Below, one piece after another: positions 7,209-14,186 of a stretch of DNA of 17,157 bases. The notes under the pieces are model-generated. The model did not search any database. It worked only from the letters and a program-made list of their open reading frames with translations, and was not told the DNA's origin. Positions within the stretch are counted from its first letter, which is position 1, and each line of letters opens with the position of its first letter. The DNA is from Bdellovibrionota bacterium (GTDB lineage Bacteria > Bdellovibrionota_C > UBA2361 > OMII01): assembly GCA_044356215.1 (NCBI GenBank), contig JBIKWQ010000129.1:1-17157 (forward strand), in the 5' to 3' direction. The position numbers were made by a program, and so were the translations under genes.

Positions 7209-9620
7209 ATGAAGTACGCCAAGTATCACGGCTTAGGAAACGACTATATCGTGATGAGCGCGAGGGATCTCTCGACGCCTCTGACGCTTGAGATGGTACG
7301 ACGGATCTGCGACCGGAATTTAGGAGCTGGCTCAGACGGGATAGTTCTCGTGGAGAAAAACACTCCAGCTGGTTTTATCGTCAGGATCTTTAATCCAGAC
7401 GGCAGTGAGGCTGAAAACAGCGGCAACGGCATGCGGATCGTAGCGCGCTATCTTTTTGATACCAAGCAAGTTGGACGCGAGCCTTTAAATTTATTGGTGA
7501 GGGGCGAAAGAAAGATTACAGCGCATGTGCTTGATGCGCGTGACGCGATCGAGGTCGACATGGGACAAGCTGTTTTCTCAAGCTCTGTTATTCCAGTCGC
7601 AGGAGAAGAGCGCGAGGTTCTCGGTGAAAAGCTCAATATCCTCGGCGAAGAGCTCACAATCAACTGCGTCAATGTTGGCAATCCGCACTGCGTTATCGTC
7701 GGACGTCCGGATATCAAGGATGGCGCGCAGAGACTGGGGCCTTGTATTGAGGTGCACGAGAAATTTCCAAAGAGAATTAACGTCCAGTTCGTTCACGTAA
7801 TTGATCGCTCAAATATTAGAATTGAGATATGGGAGCGAGGTGCTGGCTACACCTTGGCATCAGGTTCAAGTTCGTGCGCGGCGGTCAGTGTTTGCAGACG
7901 TCTCGGCTTGGTAGATAGCGATGTTACAGTGAAGATGCCGGGTGGCGAGCTTAAGATCTCTGTAAGTGATGATTACAAGATAAAGCTAACGGGGCCGATA
8001 ACCAGAGTCGCGTCAGGAGAGATAGATCCAGAGGTGTTTCTCTGGGGAGCTCAAGAAGAGAGGAGCGATTTTAGAAGACCGGTTAGCGATCTTATCCCGG
8101 ACGAGTGCTGTACTTCCGAGTCGCTATCTGTACTTCGTAGGGCCAGCGCGGATCAGTTATCTGTCACCGGCATCACCTCGGATTCAAGGGTTGTTAAGCC
8201 AGGAGATCTATTCTTCGCTATTCATGGAGCTAAGCACGACGCGAGACTCCTGATAAATGAGGCCTTTGATAAGGGCGCAAAGGCGGTTGTTTATGAGGGC
8301 TCTCTGCCTCTTCCGCCTAAGGGTGTTGTAATCCCAGTGGTTGATATCAGACGAGCGCTTTCGTACGCCGCACACAAGTTTTTTGGTGAGCCTAGTCTAC
8401 TTACCACTAATATTGGTATCACTGGAACGAGTGGCAAGACCTCTGTGGCTTGGATCCTATCGCATGCGCTGCATATCTTAGGAAAGAAGACATTCTTGGG
8501 AGGCACCCTCGGGTATGCCACATTGCAAAGTGGTGACACGCCATCAGTGAATCTTAAGGAGCTAGGTAACACCACAATTGATCCGATTACGGTGCATCGG
8601 TTTTTATCTGATGAGCTTAAGAGTGGTGTGCAGGCAGCGGTTTTTGAAGCGACCTCGCAAGGAGTTGCTCAACGCAGAATGCGTGATGTCGCGTGGGATG
8701 GGGTGATATTCACCAATTTAACCCGTGATCACATGGATCTTCACGGAACGATGGAGGCTTACGAAGCCGCAAAAAGCGAGCTCTTTACCACCGATCTTAT
8801 GAGCAGCCCAAAGCGTAATCGCTTTGCTGTGATTAATATCGATGACGTCGCAGGTCAGAGGATCGCCTCAGAATTAAAGCATAATCATAAAGAGATCTCT
8901 GTAATAACGCTCTCGTGTAATCCGGCATTAAAGAGCGATTTTTGTATAACCGATCTCACCTCAACTGCCTTGGGAATCCAGTATGATCTGAAAGGGCAGG
9001 GGGACGCTGTGCGGATCAAGGCAAATTTTATTGGCGACCACAACGCTTATAATCTTGGGTGCGCTGCGTTAGCGCTTCGCGCGCTTGGATTTAAAGGGCC
9101 TGATATAACGCGGGCGCTAGAGTTGGTTCCCGCGGTACCTGGGCGACTAGAGCCAGTTTCACGCGCAAAGATACCTGTTTTTATTGATTACGCCCATAAG
9201 CCTGATGCGTTAGAGAAGGTGCTTAAATTTTTACGGCCTGTGTGTGCTGGAAAGTTAATCTCGGTTTTTGGATGTGGTGGAGACCGCGATGCAGGTAAGA
9301 GGCCGGTGATGGGTGAGATCTCAGCCCGATTAGCTGATAAAACGATCGTTACATCCGACAACCCACGGAGTGAGGATCCAAAGGCGATTATCGAGGAGAT
9401 CGTTAGTGGTATACCAATGGAGAATCGTGAGAAATTGGTAATAGAAGCCGATCGCCGTAAAGCGATTGAGTTAGCGATCGGCATGGCTACGGAGAGAGAT
9501 ATCGTATTAGTGGCCGGCAAAGGGCACGAGACGTACCAAGAGATTCAGGGGGTGAAGTATCCCTTTTCGGATCCAGAGGTTTGCGCGGAGGTTTTGGGGG
9601 TGAGTAGGACTTCCGCGTAG
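7209..9620 (+). CDS. dapF-murE: Fusion: DapF-family diaminopimelate epimerase (res ~1-275, Ser/Ser active site) + MurE UDP-MurNAc-tripeptide ligase (res ~289-803)
   Basis: DapF motifs KYHGLGNDY, GSDG, FNPDGSEAENSGNG, VGNPHCV, FPKRINVQF, WERGAGYTLASGS, MPGG. MurE motifs DSRVVKPGDLF, GITGTSGKTS, FTNLTRDHMD, PGRLE, DYAHKPDAL, FGCGGDRD, DNPR, AGKGHETYQ. No stop between domains. Confidence 0.92.
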   Translation: MKYAKYHGLGNDYIVMSARDLSTPLTLEMVRRICDRNLGAGSDGIVLVEKNTPAGFIVRIFNPDGSEAENSGNGMRIVARYLFDTKQVGREPLNLLVRGERKITAHVLDARDAIEVDMGQAVFSSSVIPVAGEEREVLGEKLNILGEELTINCVNVGNPHCVIVGRPDIKDGAQRLGPCIEVHEKFPKRINVQFVHVIDRSNIRIEIWERGAGYTLASGSSSCAAVSVCRRLGLVDSDVTVKMPGGELKISVSDDYKIKLTGPITRVASGEIDPEVFLWGAQEERSDFRRPVSDLIPDECCTSESLSVLRRASADQLSVTGITSDSRVVKPGDLFFAIHGAKHDARLLINEAFDKGAKAVVYEGSLPLPPKGVVIPVVDIRRALSYAAHKFFGEPSLLTTNIGITGTSGKTSVAWILSHALHILGKKTFLGGTLGYATLQSGDTPSVNLKELGNTTIDPITVHRFLSDELKSGVQAAVFEATSQGVAQRRMRDVAWDGVIFTNLTRDHMDLHGTMEAYEAAKSELFTTDLMSSPKRNRFAVINIDDVAGQRIASELKHNHKEISVITLSCNPALKSDFCITDLTSTALGIQYDLKGQGDAVRIKANFIGDHNAYNLGCAALALRALGFKGPDITRALELVPAVPGRLEPVSRAKIPVFIDYAHKPDALEKVLKFLRPVCAGKLISVFGCGGDRDAGKRPVMGEISARLADKTIVTSDNPRSEDPKAIIEEIVSGIPMENREKLVIEADRRKAIELAIGMATERDIVLVAGKGHETYQEIQGVKYPFSDPEVCAEVLGVSRTSA

Positions 9621-9802
9621 GTCCGCGAGATTTGGTATGACTCCCGTACTCTTGCTCGTAGACCAAATCTTATAACGTGGACGTGAGCGTTTCACGTTTC
9701 CCGTGCACGAGCAGGAGCACGATAAACGTCTACGCGCACGGCTTTTACATGTGAAACCTACCTGTAATTGACCCTAACCCCCCTCATACCAGCAACCTCC
9801 TA

Positions 9803-9827
9803 TTTACTTTAATCTCGTTAAAGTAAA
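9803..9827. promoter_or_regulatory. Perfect inverted repeat, putative operator upstream of the 72-aa ORF
   Basis: TTTACTTTAA-tctcg-TTAAAGTAAA (10-bp arms, 5-bp spacer), 30 nt upstream of ATG 9858. Confidence 0.5.
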
Positions 9828-9857
9828 CGCCTAATAGGTGTCACATAGGGGGTAAGT

Positions 9858-10076
9858 ATGAAACTGCCAGGTTGGGAAAAGGTCGCGTCAGCCGAGGAAT
9901 ATCGACAGATGATCGAGGCTGAATATTACCGCCTTAAAGACAAGCGTGAAACGAAACCTGAGCCCACAATGGGTTTAGAGGAGGTTAAACTCAGACTCTT
10001 TTTGTCTCTCTTAGATAAGCCGATTGTTCAAGACAACGCTGCCGGATTGGATTCGGCTCATATAGGGGCGAGGTAA
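9858..10076 (+). CDS. Hypothetical small protein (72 aa)
   Basis: ATG preceded by a G-rich SD-like sequence (aggggg taagt atg); fills an otherwise empty gap; charged, helical-looking sequence; no family recognised. Confidence 0.55.
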   Translation: MKLPGWEKVASAEEYRQMIEAEYYRLKDKRETKPEPTMGLEEVKLRLFLSLLDKPIVQDNAAGLDSAHIGAR

Positions 10077-10127
10077 GGAGGCGACTTGGGGCAGGCGCTT
10101 AAGGAAGCGAGGTTTTGCCTCGTCTCC
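10077..10127. terminator. Long imperfect hairpin between convergent genes, possible bidirectional terminator
   Basis: GGAGGCG...CGTCTCC outer stem, GGGCAGG...TTTGCCT middle stem with G-U pairs, inner CGCTT-aagg-AAGCG. No clear U-tract. Confidence 0.4.
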
Positions 10128-10131
10128 CTAT

Positions 10132-11349
10132 CTACTCCAGCACCACAATCCCACGGCCAATGAGCTCTGCTAGTAAAGCAGCAGCCTTGGCGTCTTTCAC
10201 GAGCGGCTTTGCGATGCCATTCGGCACAACAACCCTATTAGCTATCTCTGCCGCCAGCAGAGCTGCTTTGCCGTCGAGATCAAACCGCTCGCCGTTAGCA
10301 TAGAACCTGATCTCGGACTCCCTTGCCTTCTTGCTTTTAGCCTTAGCCTCAGATTTATCTGATCCCTTCACAAAAGCACATCGAGCGCCTTCAGCTCTGG
10401 AGATCTCAGCTCCATCACTGATTGCTTTGCGAATCACCGAGAGTTTCGGCGCTCTGCGTTTGGCGTTTAGCTCAACATCGCAGTAGCTCTCAGTTACATA
10501 CCGACTTAGCCACGATTCAATCAAAGAATCATTAGCCACCTGCTTGGTGATAATGCCTTTTATCTTCTTTATAGTCTCTGGGGTGATCTCTCCCGGGGCC
10601 TGCGGAGCGAGCTCAGGGTCGCAGTATCTCTCTGACTCATCTCCGGTAGATAGAGCCTCAGTCACAACGCCATTTACCAGATCATGAATCGAGGGAGCTC
10701 TGAAGCCAACAGAGATCGTCATACACCGATCTCCTCGTGCTATCCCATGGTGCGGAAAACGGGGGGGTAGATACAGAATATCACCTGGCTCAAGAAGCCA
10801 ACGGTGAGTGGGTTTAAATTTTCTAAGCAGTCTAATCGGCAACCCCGGAACAAAGTCATCTTCGAGAACAGCACGGTCCTCTATCATCCATTCACGGGTT
10901 CCGTGAGCTTGCACCAGAAAAACATCGTAGTTATCAACGTGCGCTCCGACGTTACCCTGATCGTATGCGACGCTTATCATGACATCGTCGATGCGCCAGA
11001 AAGGAATAAAAGAGAAATTATCAACGAACGCGTTAATCGCCGGAACGAATCGATCGACACCATTAACAAGGATAGTCCAGTGAGTCTTAGGGAGCTTGGA
11101 GAATAAGCTAGGCTTAAATGGACCCCGGCGAAGCTCCCAAGGGGTCTTGCCACCCTTCTCCATGATAAGCCGCGACTCCACTCTCGGATCGCAGCTAAGC
11201 CCGGCCACCTCATCAGGAGAGATGAGATCTGGAAAAGGTTTAAGAGCACCTTTCATAAGAAGTGGGCGCTTCTGCCAGAATTTCTCGAGAAATTCGCGTT
11301 GAGAGTGTTTCCCAAGTACGGGCCAAGATATAGAGCTAAGATTTTTCAT
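10132..11349 (-). CDS. roxA: JmjC/cupin 2OG-Fe(II) oxygenase, ribosomal protein uL16 arginine hydroxylase family (RoxA/YcfD)
   Basis: FWQKRPLL, VESRLI, WTILV, WRIDDVMIS, GAHVDNYDVFLVQ (HxD), LEPGDILYLPPRFPHHG (distal His), TISVGFRAP. Confidence 0.88.
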   Translation of the reverse strand: MKNLSSISWPVLGKHSQREFLEKFWQKRPLLMKGALKPFPDLISPDEVAGLSCDPRVESRLIMEKGGKTPWELRRGPFKPSLFSKLPKTHWTILVNGVDRFVPAINAFVDNFSFIPFWRIDDVMISVAYDQGNVGAHVDNYDVFLVQAHGTREWMIEDRAVLEDDFVPGLPIRLLRKFKPTHRWLLEPGDILYLPPRFPHHGIARGDRCMTISVGFRAPSIHDLVNGVVTEALSTGDESERYCDPELAPQAPGEITPETIKKIKGIITKQVANDSLIESWLSRYVTESYCDVELNAKRRAPKLSVIRKAISDGAEISRAEGARCAFVKGSDKSEAKAKSKKARESEIRFYANGERFDLDGKAALLAAEIANRVVVPNGIAKPLVKDAKAAALLAELIGRGIVVLE

Positions 11350-11360
11350 ATGTGAGCGGC

Positions 11361-11389
11361 AGAATGCTGGAAAGAGGGGCGTGAGGCAA
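11361..11389 (-). promoter_or_regulatory. Putative sigma70-type promoter of roxA
   Basis: Minus strand TTGCCT-17 nt-CATTCT, 11 nt upstream of the ATG. Confidence 0.35.
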
Positions 11390-11702
11390 GTGGGGGAAGA
11401 TAGCTACGGAGCGCGCGCCTCTGGCGCGCCTGTTCAGCGGACGACATTGTCCGCAGCGGCCAATACTTCAGCGGATTGGCTGTAGTCGCCGATCAGTCTA
11501 GAGAACATGCGCCTCTCGAAGCCAGGGCACAATCTAGTCGCAGGCAAAGGGCGCGACCTAGTCGCCTGCTTAACCAGAAGTATAAGTCCAAGCCCTTATT
11601 TACTCCCATGGATAGAGTCATACCCGCTTTTTCAGGAGGCATCAGGTTACCAACTTTCCGCTCTATTCTATTAAAGGAAAGAGCTTCTGGTGTTCGTCGC
11701 CA

Positions 11703-12311
11703 CTAGCTAGGATTGACACCCGATAATATCGCTGCATTCATGAATAATTGGTACTCTGCGATCAAAGCTTCGAAGTTGGCTTGTCGATCGCTTGTCCATA
11801 ATTTGCCAACCTTGAAGCATCGGGAGCGCTCAATACTGTCTTGCTGCAATTCATTTAGTCCACAATAGGCTTTAGCCGACCTAGCTGTCCTCGGTTGACT
11901 ATGATTTGGTATGTACCTTACGCCTATCCCCAAGTCATTCCTTCCGTCAAGTCCTTTATATTCAGCTTCCGTTCGAAGTTTATCCATGAATTGGGCGACA
12001 AGCGATTGGAATCCTGTTGCAGCCTCTCCTATAGGTGTTGCAGTTACATCAACCACCATATTGTCAGGCCAGGCGACTTTTCCAACCGAATCGCGCATTT
12101 GCTGAAGTGTGCTGACTGCTCCCCATAGCTCTTTGGCTTTGGATCGATTCGCCAGAAAAACATCTAGAGCCTTATCAACTATACTTCTCGGATATTTGGT
12201 TGTTTCGACGTTATCCCAATTTGTGACGGGGAAGCCTCTTGGGTTCTTAGGATGGAAGCCGCCATTACCAAATCTTCCCTTTCTTTCTTGTTCCACAATC
12301 TCCGCTGCCAT
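11703..12311 (-). CDS. Hypothetical protein (202 aa)
   Basis: Long ORF with ATG, upstream GGGAG and its own near-consensus promoter; no family recognised. Confidence 0.75.
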   Translation of the reverse strand: MAAEIVEQERKGRFGNGGFHPKNPRGFPVTNWDNVETTKYPRSIVDKALDVFLANRSKAKELWGAVSTLQQMRDSVGKVAWPDNMVVDVTATPIGEAATGFQSLVAQFMDKLRTEAEYKGLDGRNDLGIGVRYIPNHSQPRTARSAKAYCGLNELQQDSIERSRCFKVGKLWTSDRQANFEALIAEYQLFMNAAILSGVNPS

Positions 12312-12367
12312 CTTCTATGCCGCTCCCATAAAACGTTAAATACCACCGCTGCGCGCCTCAAAACGCC

Positions 12368-12395
12368 ATTATAGAGCGGCGGCTTTCTGAATCAA
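12368..12395 (-). promoter_or_regulatory. Putative sigma70 promoter of the 202-aa gene
   Basis: Minus strand TTGATT (12395-12390)-16 nt-TATAAT (12373-12368). Confidence 0.6.
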
Positions 12396-12503
12396 GCAAA
12401 ATCGTCCATTTACGAGAAAATTTGCTTTAGCCGGTCCCCGGGGTAGTGACCTGCCAACCCTGGTATCCACCAGGTACGCCCGGTATAGTCAATTCGAGAG
12501 CTT

Positions 12504-13286
12504 ATGCCCGCAACACCCACACCCCCCAAATTCGGTGATATCCCAGTAACCTCAAAACCTGAAGTAGTAATTATCCTTGTAGAAGCCGCAGATCCACGAA
12601 ATATCGGAGCTGTCGCGCGCGCCATGAGCAATCTGGCGACAAGCGATCTAAGGCTCGTTAATACGTCAAAATTCGATCATGTCGTCGCAAAGGGAGTCGC
12701 CTGCTGGGGGCATGAGGTGATAACGAACGCCAGGCGCTTTGACGACTTAAAAGAAGCTGTGGCGGATTGTCACGAGGTAGTAGGTTTCGCGTCTGATAGC
12801 GCTAATCACAGGGTGCCACAACTTTTACTGCCAGAGTGGACTGCGCAGGTTAATAAAGCACCTAATACAAGAGTAGCGCTTGTATTCGGCTCAGAAGAGA
12901 GCGGGCTACGACGCGAGCATTTTCCTCTCTGTCAGTACCTCGTGCGTATCCCATCTGCAGGCGCTAATCCATCTTACAACTTAGCGCAGTCTGTGTTGTT
13001 GGCGCTCTATGGCATCCGTTCTGGAGCGGCGAATTATGTAGGGGCATCGCAGCCTGAGTGGCCGATCAGCTCGCAACTAGAACCATTAACTGAGATGGTT
13101 TTAGAGATCGCCTCTGACGTTGGATTTCTAAATGAGAATTCGCCTGAACACATTAAGGATCTGCTGATTAATCTAACTCGTAGAGGTCGAATTAATAAGC
13201 GTGAGTTAACGATTTTGACGGGGCTGGCTGGGATGGTGCGAAAAAAGATCAAACCCGCCCCTCCAAATACCGATAAACCTCAATAA
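12504..13286 (+). CDS. trmJ: SPOUT RNA methyltransferase, TrmJ/LasT (TrmH group 1) family
   Basis: ILVEAADPRNIGAVARAMSN, LRLV, ALVFGSEESGL, IPSAGANPSYNLAQSV, C-terminal helical domain with ELTILTG. Confidence 0.82.
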   Translation: MPATPTPPKFGDIPVTSKPEVVIILVEAADPRNIGAVARAMSNLATSDLRLVNTSKFDHVVAKGVACWGHEVITNARRFDDLKEAVADCHEVVGFASDSANHRVPQLLLPEWTAQVNKAPNTRVALVFGSEESGLRREHFPLCQYLVRIPSAGANPSYNLAQSVLLALYGIRSGAANYVGASQPEWPISSQLEPLTEMVLEIASDVGFLNENSPEHIKDLLINLTRRGRINKRELTILTGLAGMVRKKIKPAPPNTDKPQ

Positions 13287-14157
13287 GCCTAAGTCTAATC
13301 GGCCGAGCTCTCTCGCTAAGCGATCTCTGCGCAGCGATGTATTCGATCCTTCCTGCCTGATCCTCAATCTTAATCGGAGCGAATCCAAACTCGCTTAGAT
13401 CGTACGGACTGGCCCTCATATCGATCTGTCTTGCGTCGAGCGCCAATAGGAAAGCATCCATAAGAAGATCGCTAGGACACCAAGGAGCTAATTTAAAGCA
13501 ATATTTATAAAGATCCATCGTTACGTGAATGCACCCGGGTTGATCGTTTTGAGCAGTAGAGGCGCGAGAGAGCCGAATTCTGTTAAGAGGTCGAGCCTCC
13601 GGGGTGAAAAATCTATAGGCGTCATAGTGAGAGCAGCGCACCTCAGAACTCTCAACAACCTCTGAGATAGTGTCGCTAGATACTCTAAGCGGAACAGTTG
13701 TGTGTCGCGGAGTACTTTCTTTATAAAGCATCGCCCATTCGTGGAGCCCATAGCAGTTAAAGGTCGCGGGCCTATCGGCGATCCCCTCTAGATAAGATCT
13801 CGCCCAAGAGATGAAATCACGACGTTGCTTAGGGAAGGATTCTGAGGGAATTATAAATGTTCCGCGGTCATCTGCAGACACATAATCAAGGGTCCAATCG
13901 AGCTCATCTTTGTCTCTTACATCGAGCAGAGGCACATCAGCTCCCGGACTCCAACGTAAGAGATGAGCCGGTCTAAATGAGTAGTAGGTAAAAAGAAAGT
14001 CGTAAACAGGGTGCTTGCGAGCCACTCCCGCGCGCTCAACCCGGTCATCGGCCCAATAGGCTAACTTCGCGCGGTGGTTGGCTCTCCGCTCAAGCCACTC
14101 CTCCCTAGTTAAAGAAGCCAGGCGCGGCGGGTTTATTTTGGCAGCTTCATCGATCAT
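13249..14157 (-). CDS. Conserved protein of the family commonly auto-annotated '3-methyladenine DNA glycosylase' (function unverified)
   Basis: KHPVYDFLFTYYS, CYGLHEWAMLY, RH...PLR, CSHYDAYRFFTP, QPGCIHVTMDLYK, DMRASPYDL recognised from memory. Overlaps the trmJ 3' end by 38 bp, convergently. Confidence 0.75.
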   Translation of the reverse strand: MIDEAAKINPPRLASLTREEWLERRANHRAKLAYWADDRVERAGVARKHPVYDFLFTYYSFRPAHLLRWSPGADVPLLDVRDKDELDWTLDYVSADDRGTFIIPSESFPKQRRDFISWARSYLEGIADRPATFNCYGLHEWAMLYKESTPRHTTVPLRVSSDTISEVVESSEVRCSHYDAYRFFTPEARPLNRIRLSRASTAQNDQPGCIHVTMDLYKYCFKLAPWCPSDLLMDAFLLALDARQIDMRASPYDLSEFGFAPIKIEDQAGRIEYIAAQRSLSERARPIRLRLIEVYRYLEGRV

Positions 14158-14186
14158 CAGTAGCGCCCGGTAATTAACCGAGCGAC

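Noticed and set aside
11476..11706. 76-aa plus-strand ORF
   Set aside because: TTG start without SD, runs through the hairpin region, no recognisable protein features.
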